Source of the DNA: Chloroflexota bacterium
GTDB taxonomy: Bacteria > Chloroflexota > Limnocylindria > Limnocylindrales > CSP1-4
Length of the DNA: 64,000 nucleotides
Direction of reading: 5' to 3'
Assembly: GCA_021789435.1 (NCBI GenBank)
Contig: JAJYJO010000002.1
Span: 3,713-67,712 of the forward strand
Shown here one piece after another: positions 16,527-24,737 of this stretch. Made by a program: the position numbers and the translations under genes. How positions within the stretch are numbered: position 1 is the first letter of the stretch; each line of letters begins with the position of its first letter. The notes beneath the pieces are model-generated. The model made no database searches and was not told the origin of the DNA. It saw only the letters and a program-made list of their open reading frames with translations.

Positions 16527-16552
16527 AGGGGCCGCGCCTTCGGCGCGGCCCC
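16527..16552 (+). terminator. GC-rich hairpin (11-bp stem, ttc loop) after flp4
   Basis: ggggccgcgcc-ttc-ggcgcggcccc, 24 nt after the flp4 stop; it separates the pilin array from cpaB. Confidence 0.5.
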
Positions 16553-16603
16553 TCCGTGTCCCGGGGGATCCCTCCTGTCAGCCGGGCGATTCGTCCCGCG
16601 CGT

Positions 16604-16649
16604 CCTAGGCCATTCGTATAGTCGCGGGCCCCGGGACCGGTGCTACAGT
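16604..16649 (+). promoter_or_regulatory. cpaB promoter-like element: CCTAGG-CCATTCGTA-N..-CCGGGACCGGTGCTACAGT (extended -10 TGcTACAGT at 16641-16649)
   Basis: Shares CCATTCGTA and CCGGGACC(C)GGTGCTAnAnT with the 8724-8765 element. A related CCTAGG-N36-TACAGT architecture sits upstream of flp2 (15476-15531). Confidence 0.45.
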
Positions 16650-16683
16650 GGTGCCACCTGTCACAAGGCTGGGGAGAGGGTGT

Positions 16684-17571
16684 GTGAAGCGATCTAACCG
16701 TCTGATCCTGCTCATCGGGGTCTTTCTGGCCGTCGTCGCCTTCGTCGGTATCGTCTTCATCATCGGTTCGGGGACCGGCGGCGGCGGTGGAGGCACACCG
16801 ACGCCTCCCACCACGGTCTCGGTTGTCACCGCGGCGCGCGACATCCCGCTGGGGAACCAGATCGTCAGCGCGGACCTGGCGACCACCACGATCAAGACCA
16901 CCGACGAACCGGCCGATGCCTTCACCGACAAGGCCCTGGTCCTGGGCCAGATCGTCCGGACCACCGTCACCCAGGGCCAGATCCTGACCCGAAGCCAGTT
17001 CCTGACGACCACCAACGCGAACAGCATCGTGCCGAGCCTCCAGAAGGGCTTCCGGGCGATCGCCGTCCAGGTGGACCAGGTGACCGGCGTGGGAACGGTG
17101 ATCCAGACCGGCGACCGGGTGGACGTGGTCCTGGGCATCCGCATCCAGACGCTGGTACCGGCACCCGGCCCGAGCGCGCTCCCGCAGCCCTACCCGGGCG
17201 GCCCCCAGCTCTCGGTAAAGACCGTCCTCCAGAACCTCCAGGTGGTGGGAACCCTCCTGCCGCCGGCCACGCAGAGCCAGCAGCAACAGCAGGCCCAGCC
17301 GTCGCCGAGTCCGAGCGGCGGGAACGCCACCACGGGGCCGACCGTGACCCTGAACGGCCAGCAGGAGATCGTGATCCTGGCGGTCACGCCCCAGCAGGCC
17401 GAGGTGATCCGCTACGCCCAGCTGGGCGCCGAGCCGATCACCCTGACCCTCCGCTCCACGGCGGACAAGGACAGCCCGCCTGACGCCACGACCGGCATCG
17501 TCCTCAAGACCCTCATCGACCAGTACGGCGTCATCCCGCCCTTCCCGATCATCTCCAGCGTCCCGAAGTGA
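16684..17571 (+). CDS. cpaB: Flp pilus assembly protein CpaB/RcpC (SAF domain)
   Basis: GTG 16684 with GGGGAGAGGG RBS. 'MKRSNRLILLIGVFLAVVAFVG' TM anchor, Gly/Thr/Pro linker, SAF-like 'VVTAARDIPLGNQIVSADL'. The upstream in-frame GTG at 16648 overlaps the -10-like hexamer. Confidence 0.75.
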   Translation: MKRSNRLILLIGVFLAVVAFVGIVFIIGSGTGGGGGGTPTPPTTVSVVTAARDIPLGNQIVSADLATTTIKTTDEPADAFTDKALVLGQIVRTTVTQGQILTRSQFLTTTNANSIVPSLQKGFRAIAVQVDQVTGVGTVIQTGDRVDVVLGIRIQTLVPAPGPSALPQPYPGGPQLSVKTVLQNLQVVGTLLPPATQSQQQQQAQPSPSPSGGNATTGPTVTLNGQQEIVILAVTPQQAEVIRYAQLGAEPITLTLRSTADKDSPPDATTGIVLKTLIDQYGVIPPFPIISSVPK

Positions 17572-17671
17572 ACCCGGGGGACGGCCGCGGCCGCCCCTTG
17601 ATCCAGCAGAAAGCGGCGGGCTCGGTCCCTGACCGGGCCCGTCCCCATCCGGAGCTCCGACCGCAACACCC

Positions 17672-18910
17672 ATGGCCGACCAGATCCGCGTCCTGATCGT
17701 CGACGACATCCCGGAGACCCGGGACCACCTCGCCAAGCTGCTCGGCTTCGAGAGCGACATCGAGGTGGCGGGTTCGGCTGCGTCCGGCGCGGAGGCCCTG
17801 GAGATGGCCGCGCGCCTGCTGCCCGACGTGGTGCTGATGGACATCAACATGCCGGACATGGACGGCATCGCGGCCACGGAGCTGCTGTCGGCCCAGGTGC
17901 CGACGGCAGCGATCGTGATGATGTCGGTCCAGGGCGAGGCGGACTACCTGCGGCGTTCCATGCTGGCCGGGGCGCGCGAATTCCTGGTCAAGCCCTTCAG
18001 CTCCGACGAGCTGACGGCCGCGATCCGCCAGGTCCACTCCCGCGAGCGGCAGAAGCTGGACCGCCTGGTGCCGGTCGCCCCGACGCCGGGGAACGGGACG
18101 CCGGCCGGCGAGCGCGGGCCCGGCGAGATCCTGGCGATCTTCAGCCCCAAGGGCGGCGTGGGCCGGACGACGATCGCGGCCAACCTGGCCATCGCCGTCG
18201 CCGAACGCGGCAAGCGGGTGGTGGTGGTGGACGCGTCCTTCCAGTTCGGCGACATCGGCGTCCTCTTCAACCTCAACCCGCGCAACAAGTCGATCGCGGA
18301 CCTGGTCCCGGAGCTCGAGGCCGGCGAGCCCGAGTCGCTGGACACCTTCGTCATCACCCACTCCTCCGGGGTCCGGGTGCTGCTTGCCCCGCCCTCGCCG
18401 GAGATGGCGGAGCTGATCACGACCACCGCTGTCAAGCGCGTCCTGGAGGCCCTCCGGGCCAGCCACGACCTGGTGGTCGTCGACTGCGCCGCCTCCTTCA
18501 ACGACACGACGCTGGCGATCCTGGACCTGGCAGACGTCATCCTTTCCGTGCTGACCCTGGAGATCACCTGCATCAAGAACACCCGCCTCTTCCTGGAGGT
18601 GGCGGACCAGCTCGGCTACGAGCCGTCCAAGGTCCGGCTGGTGCTCAACCGCGCCGACACCACGCTCGGCATCCGGGTCGCCGACGTGGAGCACTCGATC
18701 GGCCGGAAGGTCGACTACACGGTGGTCAGCGACGGGCGGAGCGTGGTCTACGCATTGAACCGGGGCGTACCCTTCGTCCTGAGCAATCGGGAGAGTCAGG
18801 TCACGCAGGACATCATCCGGCTGGCCACCGGGCTCGCAGGCGAGCGCGCGGCGGCCGGAGGTGCCCGCAAGGCTGTGGCTCCCCGCAAATCACTGTTCGC
18901 ATGGCGATGA
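17672..18910 (+). CDS. cpaE: CpaE/TadZ-like pilus assembly ATPase: N-terminal canonical receiver domain plus ParA/MinD-type P-loop ATPase
   Basis: Receiver 'IRVLIVDDIPETRD ... VVLMDINMPDMDG ... LVKPF' and ATPase 'IFSPKGGVGRTTIAANLAIAV'. Confidence 0.8.
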   Translation: MADQIRVLIVDDIPETRDHLAKLLGFESDIEVAGSAASGAEALEMAARLLPDVVLMDINMPDMDGIAATELLSAQVPTAAIVMMSVQGEADYLRRSMLAGAREFLVKPFSSDELTAAIRQVHSRERQKLDRLVPVAPTPGNGTPAGERGPGEILAIFSPKGGVGRTTIAANLAIAVAERGKRVVVVDASFQFGDIGVLFNLNPRNKSIADLVPELEAGEPESLDTFVITHSSGVRVLLAPPSPEMAELITTTAVKRVLEALRASHDLVVVDCAASFNDTTLAILDLADVILSVLTLEITCIKNTRLFLEVADQLGYEPSKVRLVLNRADTTLGIRVADVEHSIGRKVDYTVVSDGRSVVYALNRGVPFVLSNRESQVTQDIIRLATGLAGERAAAGGARKAVAPRKSLFAWR

Positions 18911-18933
18911 GACCTGTTCGCATGGCGATCAGA
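18893..18933 (+). repeat. Tandem ~21-bp direct duplication (ctgttcgcatggcgatGagac / ctgttcgcatggcgatCagac) spanning the cpaE stop codon
   Basis: Two adjacent copies; the first contains the cpaE TGA, and in the second the stop is altered to TCA. Confidence 0.5.
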
Positions 18934-19001
18934 CCGGATCTGCCCAACCATCCGGTCGTCGGTGGAGCGACCCCAATCGGGGGCGAGAAGGGGTATAGGC
19001 G

Positions 19002-20411
19002 ATGTCCCTCCTGAAGCGGATCGAGAGCGCCCGACCGGGCTCCGGGCCGGGCCTGCCCGCACCGGCGCCCGGGGCGCCGGCCCCCGGCGGGCCGGGCGCG
19101 CCCGGCGGACCGGTCAGTCCCTCCCAGCGGCTGCTGACGCAGGCTCCGGTCCGCGAGTCGTTCCGGGACGTCAAGTTCCGGATCCAGAGCCGGGTCATCC
19201 AGGACCTGGATCCCAAGCTGGACCTCTCCAACCAGGTCGAGGTGCGCCGCCAGATCGAGGAGATCTTCGGCAAGGTCATCGACGAGGAGGGCCTGGCCCT
19301 GACGCGCGCCGAGCGGGTCAGGATGCTGGAGCAGATCACCGACGAGATCATCGGCCTTGGCCCGCTGGAGCCGCTGCTCCGCGACGAGAGCATCACCGAG
19401 ATCATGGTCAACGGCCCCCGCCAGGTCTACATCGAGCGCTCGGGCAAGCTGGAGCTGACCAACGTCGTCTTCCAGAACGACGACCACGTCATGCGGATCA
19501 TCGACCGGATCATCGCCCCGATCGGACGCCGCGTGGACGAGTCGTCACCGATGGTGGACGCCCGCCTGACCGACGGCTCCCGCGTCAACGCCATCATCCC
19601 GCCGCTGTCGCTCGTCGGCCCGGTGGTCACCGTCCGGAAGTTCTCCGCCTCGCCGTTCACCGTGGACGACCTGATCCGCTTCGGGACCGCGACGCCGGAG
19701 ATGTTCGACTTCCTGCGGGCCTGCGTGGAGGCGCGGCTCAACATCTTCGTCTCCGGCGGCACCGGCTCGGGCAAGACCACGACCCTCAACGTCCTCTCCT
19801 CGTTCATCCCCAACGACGAGCGGATCATCACGATCGAGGACGCGGCCGAGCTCCAGCTCCGCCAGGAGCACGTGGTGACGCTCGAGTCGCGGCCGCCGAA
19901 CATCGAGGGCCGCGGGGCGATCCCGATCCGGGAGCTCGTGCGCAACGCCCTCCGGATGCGCCCCGACCGGATCATCGTCGGCGAGTGCCGCGGCGGCGAG
20001 GCGCTGGACATGCTCCAGGCGATGAACACCGGCCACGACGGCTCGATGTCCACCGGCCACGCGAACAGTCCCCGCGACATGCTGGCGCGCCTGGAGACGA
20101 TGGTCCTGATGGCCGGCGTGGACCTGCCGCTGCGGGCGATCCGCGAGCAGGTCGCCTCCGCGGTGGACCTGATCGTCCACCAGTCCCGCCTCAAGGACGG
20201 CACCCGCAAGATCGTCAACATCACCGAGGTCCAGGGCATGGAGGGTGATGTGATCGTCATGCAGGACGTCTTCGTCTTCGAGCAGACGGGCATCGTGGAG
20301 GGCAAGATCCAGGGCCGCCTCAAGGCGACCGGGATCCGGCCGAAGTTCGTCGAGAAGTTCGAGGTCATGGGCATCCACCTGCCGCCTGGCCTCTTCGGCT
20401 TCGTCTACTAG
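19002..20411 (+). CDS. cpaF: Tad/Flp pilus secretion ATPase CpaF/TadA (type II/IV secretion NTPase)
   Basis: Walker A 'VSGGTGSGKTTTLNVL', 'ITIEDAAELQL', Asp/His boxes, 'ECRGGEALDMLQAMNTGHDG'. Confidence 0.85.
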   Translation: MSLLKRIESARPGSGPGLPAPAPGAPAPGGPGAPGGPVSPSQRLLTQAPVRESFRDVKFRIQSRVIQDLDPKLDLSNQVEVRRQIEEIFGKVIDEEGLALTRAERVRMLEQITDEIIGLGPLEPLLRDESITEIMVNGPRQVYIERSGKLELTNVVFQNDDHVMRIIDRIIAPIGRRVDESSPMVDARLTDGSRVNAIIPPLSLVGPVVTVRKFSASPFTVDDLIRFGTATPEMFDFLRACVEARLNIFVSGGTGSGKTTTLNVLSSFIPNDERIITIEDAAELQLRQEHVVTLESRPPNIEGRGAIPIRELVRNALRMRPDRIIVGECRGGEALDMLQAMNTGHDGSMSTGHANSPRDMLARLETMVLMAGVDLPLRAIREQVASAVDLIVHQSRLKDGTRKIVNITEVQGMEGDVIVMQDVFVFEQTGIVEGKIQGRLKATGIRPKFVEKFEVMGIHLPPGLFGFVY

Positions 20412-20429
20412 GCCGCCGAGGAGGAAGCC

Positions 20430-21443
20430 ATGAACCCCGTCACCGTCGCCGTCGCGGCCGTCGCGGCCCTGGCGATCGTCCTCATCGCGGCCGGCATCGC
20501 CTTCTCCGGCGGGTCGGGGATCAGCGCCCGCCTGGAGCGGTATGCGGCCGGCAGGCAGGACCAGCCCAAGCCGGCCTCCACGGGCCAGGGCCCCATCTCG
20601 GACCTGCTGGCCCAGAGCCAGGCGCTGGCGCAGCTCAACAAGGCCGTCGAGCAGCGCGACTTCGGGGCCAACCTGGCCCGGGAGCTGGCCCGGGCGGACC
20701 TCAAGCTGAAGGTCAGCGAGTACCTGGCCATCTGGGCCGGCTCCACCGTCGGGCTGCCGATCCTCTTCCTGATCCTGTCGATCGCCCTGCCGACGCTGGG
20801 CAACCCGCTGGTCCTGCTGGTGGGAGCCTTCCTGGGCTTCCTGCTGCCGCGCTTCTGGCTGGGCCGCCGCAAGAGCTCGCGGCTCAACGCCTTCAACAAG
20901 CAGCTCCCGGACACGATCACCCTGATCGCCAACGCCCTGCGAGCCGGCTCGTCGTTCCTCCAGGCGATCGAGCTGGTGGTCCGGGAATCGCGACCGCCGA
21001 TCTCGCTCGAGTTCGGCCGGGTCATCCGGGAGGTCAACCTGGGCCTGCCCTTCGAGCAGGCGCTGGAGAACATGGTCCGCCGGGTCCGCTCGGACGACCT
21101 GGAGTTGATGGCGACGGCCATCTCCATCCAGCACACGGTCGGCGGCAACCTGGCCGAGATCCTCGACTCGATCGCCTACACGATCCGGGAGCGGATCCGG
21201 ATCAAGGGCGAGATCCGGACGCTCACCGCCCAGCAGCGACTCTCCGGCTATGTCGTCGGCTTCCTGCCGATCGGCATCGCACTCTTCCTCTTCATCGCCG
21301 CGCCGACCTTCCTGGAGCCGATGTTCAAGAACCCGCCGGGGATCATCGGCCTGCCGGCCGGGGTCATCATCCTCGCCTTCGGCGGCTTCATGATGTTCAT
21401 CGGCTTCATGGCCATCCGGCGCATCGTCGACATCGAGGTCTAG
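20430..21443 (+). CDS. tadB: Tad pilus inner-membrane platform protein TadB (T2SS-F domain)
   Basis: N-terminal TM, cytoplasmic domain, then GspF-like repeat 'PDTITLIANALRAGSSFLQAIE'; follows cpaF. Confidence 0.75.
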   Translation: MNPVTVAVAAVAALAIVLIAAGIAFSGGSGISARLERYAAGRQDQPKPASTGQGPISDLLAQSQALAQLNKAVEQRDFGANLARELARADLKLKVSEYLAIWAGSTVGLPILFLILSIALPTLGNPLVLLVGAFLGFLLPRFWLGRRKSSRLNAFNKQLPDTITLIANALRAGSSFLQAIELVVRESRPPISLEFGRVIREVNLGLPFEQALENMVRRVRSDDLELMATAISIQHTVGGNLAEILDSIAYTIRERIRIKGEIRTLTAQQRLSGYVVGFLPIGIALFLFIAAPTFLEPMFKNPPGIIGLPAGVIILAFGGFMMFIGFMAIRRIVDIEV

Positions 21444-21445
21444 CC

Positions 21446-22381
21446 ATGCCGACGTTCATGCCCATCGTCATCGCCGCCATCGCGGCGGGCTCGATCCTGC
21501 TGATCTTCCTGGGCCTGGCCGGCAGCCGGCCGGTGGACCCGGTCCAGGCCCGGCTGACCCAGCTCGGCTCGATGCAGGCCAAGAACCTGGAGGAGCTGGA
21601 ACTCCAGCAGCCGTTCGTGGAGCGGACGCTGCGCCCGCTGGCCCTGCGTCTCTCCGGGTCCGTCTCCCGGCTCACGAGCCAGTCCTTCACCGAGACCACC
21701 GAGAAGCGGCTGGCCCTGGCCGGCAACCCCGGCGACCTGCGGGTCGCAGACTGGCTGGGGATCAAGGCCGTGGCGGCCATCGTCTTCGCCATCGTCTTCG
21801 TCGTGCTGGGTGTGCTGCTGCTCGGCTTCCCGCTGATGATCGGCCTGATCATGGGCGTGGTGGGCCTGCTCTTCGGCTACACGATTCCGGAGTTCTGGCT
21901 GGGCCGCCGCGTGCGGGCCCGCCAGAAGGCGATCCTGCTGCAGATCCCGGACGCGCTGGACCTGCTGACGATCTCCGTCCGGGCCGGCCTGGGCTTCGAC
22001 GCGGCGCTGGCCAAGGTCGTGGAGAAGATGAAGGGCCCGCTGGTGGACGAGTTCCGGCGGGCGCTGGCGGAGGTGCGGGTTGGCAAGGCGCGCCGCGACG
22101 CGCTGCGCGACATGATCCCGCGGACCGAGGTACCGGCCCTCACCAACTTCATCGGGGCAATCATCCAGGCCGAGCAGCTGGGCGTCTCGATCTCCAAGGT
22201 GCTGCAGGTCCAGTCGGAACAGCTGCGGATCGAGCGGCGCCAGCGGGCCGAGGAGATGGCGGCCAAGGCGCCGATCAAGATGCTCTTCCCCCTGGTGGGC
22301 TGCATCTTCCCGTCCCTCTTCATCATCATCCTGGGCCCGGCCATGATCCTGCTGGTCCTGAACCTGGGGGCGGCGCACTAG
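21446..22381 (+). CDS. tadC: Tad pilus inner-membrane platform protein TadC (T2SS-F domain)
   Basis: GspF-like 'PDALDLLTISVRAGLGFDAALAKV'; paralog of tadB immediately downstream. Confidence 0.75.
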   Translation: MPTFMPIVIAAIAAGSILLIFLGLAGSRPVDPVQARLTQLGSMQAKNLEELELQQPFVERTLRPLALRLSGSVSRLTSQSFTETTEKRLALAGNPGDLRVADWLGIKAVAAIVFAIVFVVLGVLLLGFPLMIGLIMGVVGLLFGYTIPEFWLGRRVRARQKAILLQIPDALDLLTISVRAGLGFDAALAKVVEKMKGPLVDEFRRALAEVRVGKARRDALRDMIPRTEVPALTNFIGAIIQAEQLGVSISKVLQVQSEQLRIERRQRAEEMAAKAPIKMLFPLVGCIFPSLFIIILGPAMILLVLNLGAAH

Positions 22382-22395
22382 GCCGCGTCCGGAGG

Positions 22396-22824
22396 GTGAT
22401 CGCTCGCAACCTGGAGCGCGGCACGCTCCTCGGCTCGTCGCTGGAGGCGGCCTCATCCTTCGGGGCCCGCTTCCGGGGCCTGATGGGCCGGCCTCCGCTC
22501 CCCGATGATGGCGGCCTGTGGCTGCCCGGGACGAACGGGATCCACATGATGTTCATGCGCTTCGCGCTCGACTGTGTCTTCCTGGACCGGCCGGATGCGG
22601 CGGGCCAGCGGCGGGTGGTGGGGCTGCGACGGGCGCTGCCGCCCTGGCGCGGCGTGGTCTGGTACGTCCGCGGCGCGGACGGCGTCCTGGAGCTGCCCGT
22701 GGGAGCGATCGACCGGTCCGGGACGGTGGTCGGGGACCGGGTCGTCGTGGGTGTCGCGGACCCGATCGTCGCGGACGACGGGGCCGACCGGGCCACCGAC
22801 GAGGCCACCGGCCCGCCGCCGTAG
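22396..22824 (+). CDS. DUF192 domain protein (COG1430), a frequent accessory of Tad loci
   Basis: 'FRGLMGRPPLPDDGGLWL...GIHMMFMRFALDCVFLD' matches the DUF192 R-G-L-M-G-R / M-x-F motifs. The GTG start has poor SD spacing, so the start is uncertain. Confidence 0.55.
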   Translation: MIARNLERGTLLGSSLEAASSFGARFRGLMGRPPLPDDGGLWLPGTNGIHMMFMRFALDCVFLDRPDAAGQRRVVGLRRALPPWRGVVWYVRGADGVLELPVGAIDRSGTVVGDRVVVGVADPIVADDGADRATDEATGPPP

Positions 22825-22914
22825 GCGCCGCGGCCGGCCTCATCCGCCGTTGCCCCCCGACGAGATGCGGCCTGCGGCCCCGCGGGCATCGGTGAAGCAG
22901 CGGCCAAGGGCGGG

Positions 22915-23634
22915 ATGAGTGCGAGCGGGCATGCTGGAGGCGTGTCGATCGCGACGCTCCGGGTCTGCCGCCGTCTGGGCGCCCGCCTGCTCGACCTGGC
23001 GCTGCCGCCCGCCTGTGCCGGCTGCGGCGCGGAGGGAGCGGTGCTCTGCGAGGCTTGCCGGCCGGCGCTCGACGCGCGCCGTGCCACGCCGGCCGGCGTG
23101 CCGCTCGGCCTCCCGTCGGACGTCCCCGCTCCCCTGCTCCAGCTCGAGTGGTGCGCCCCCTTCAGTGGGCCGGTCCGACGGGCCCTCCACGCCCTCAAAT
23201 ACGCGGGGGAGTGCCGCGTGGCACCCGTCCTGGGCGAGGCGGTGGCGGCCCGCTGGCGCGTCGCCGGCGCCGGCGGGGAGGTCCTGGTCCCGGTTCCTGT
23301 CCACGAGGAGCGGGCACGCCAGCGCGGCTACGACCAGGCCGCCCTCATCGCGGCCGCGGCCGGGCCCGCGCTCGGCCTGCCGGTCGCCAGCGCCCTGGCA
23401 CGGCGCCGGGCGACCGTGGCCCAATACCACCTCGACCGAGCGCAGCGGGCCGGCAACGTCCATGACGCCTTCGGCCTCCGCGACGCGACGGAGGCGCGGG
23501 CGGTGCGCGGTCGATGGGTGGTCCTGGTGGACGACATCGTCACCACGGGCGCCACCCTGGCCGCCTGCGGGGCGGCCCTCCTCGCGGCCGGCGCCGAGGA
23601 CGTCTCGGCCGTCACGGTGGCCCGCGAGCGGTGA
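22915..23634 (+). CDS. comFC: ComF family protein (ComFC-like phosphoribosyltransferase with N-terminal double zinc ribbon)
   Basis: CxxC...CxxC 'PPACAGCGAEGAVLCEAC' and PRTase motif 'VVLVDDIVTTGATL'. Confidence 0.7.
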   Translation: MSASGHAGGVSIATLRVCRRLGARLLDLALPPACAGCGAEGAVLCEACRPALDARRATPAGVPLGLPSDVPAPLLQLEWCAPFSGPVRRALHALKYAGECRVAPVLGEAVAARWRVAGAGGEVLVPVPVHEERARQRGYDQAALIAAAAGPALGLPVASALARRRATVAQYHLDRAQRAGNVHDAFGLRDATEARAVRGRWVVLVDDIVTTGATLAACGAALLAAGAEDVSAVTVARER

Positions 23635-23855
23635 ATGGGGGCGCGATGGGTGCGTGGCCGGCTGGGCGGTCGGTGCGTGGGCTCGCGCCCGAGCGCCGCG
23701 AGAAACGCCATTCGTCACCCGATCGAAGGGCCGAGGGTGGGGTTCGGCCCATCGACCGGCCGGGTCTATACTCGACGCGTGACCGGCCCATCAGTCACGA
23801 GACGCGCGTCACCGCCACCAGCGGAGGCGCGCGTCATGTGTTGCGGAGGTTTGCG

Positions 23856-24455
23856 GTGAGGACGATCGTCAAGGGCAAGAACATCGACGTGCCCGATCGT
23901 GTCCGCGACTACGCCGAGCGGAAGATGCGGCGGATGGAGCGGTTCCTCGACGATCGGACGGACGCGCTCATCGAGCTCTCCAACGAGCAGCACCGGAGCG
24001 CGGCCGACGCCCACATCGTCGAGATCACCCTGGTCATCGACGGCCAGACACTCCGCGGCCGCGCCGCCGGGCCGACCTACCAGGCCGGCATCGACGAGGT
24101 GATCGACAAGGTCGAACGGCAGGCCGTCGACCACCGCGAGAAGCCCCGCCTCCGGGCCCGCCCGATCGAGGAGAAGGATCTCCTGCGCCGGATCGCCGAT
24201 GGAACGGCCGAGCCGGCCCGCGAGCGCCGGATCGTGAAGACCAAGCGGTTCGCGATCGAGCCGATGTTCGAGGAGGACGCGGTCGAACGGATGGAGGAGC
24301 TCGGCCACAGTTTCTTCGTCTTCGTCAATGCCGAGACGGAGAAGCTGTGCGTCCTCTACCGGCGGCGGGACGGGGACTTCGGCCTGATCGAACCGATGCT
24401 CGGCGGCGAGTACACGCCGGGCAGGGCGAACGGCAGGGCCCGCAGCCGCGCCTGA
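23856..24455 (+). CDS. hpf: Ribosome hibernation-promoting factor, long form (RaiA/HPF)
   Basis: GTG start with GGAGGT RBS. 'MRTIVKGKNIDVPDRVRDYAERKMRRMERF' S30AE domain plus C-terminal dimerisation domain. TATACT -10-like hexamer at 23767-23772. Confidence 0.8.
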   Translation: MRTIVKGKNIDVPDRVRDYAERKMRRMERFLDDRTDALIELSNEQHRSAADAHIVEITLVIDGQTLRGRAAGPTYQAGIDEVIDKVERQAVDHREKPRLRARPIEEKDLLRRIADGTAEPARERRIVKTKRFAIEPMFEEDAVERMEELGHSFFVFVNAETEKLCVLYRRRDGDFGLIEPMLGGEYTPGRANGRARSRA

Positions 24456-24737
24456 GGGGACCGCGGGCGACCGGGACCGCGAGACGCGGCCGTCCCGAGC
24501 GGCGCGCTCGCTACCGCCGAGAGGCGTCCTCCGTGCCGCCGGCCCCCCGCGAGCCCCATCCGGCCCGCCGGCCACACCCGGCCCCGCCGGCCACACCCGG
24601 CCCCGCCCTTATGCGGTGAGACGCACAGCGCAGATGGGCCGACCGGCTCTCGCGACCCTGACCGCCCGGCGCAGCTCTGGCCGACCGGCGCCGCTGCCCC
24701 CGAGAGCGGGGCACCGGCGCGGCTACGATAGGCGGCG

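Noticed and set aside
15991-17877. 628-aa minus-strand ORF across the flp3/flp4/cpaB region
   Set aside because: Antisense to pilins and cpaB; composition R/G/D-rich; the plus-strand genes have RBSs and family motifs.
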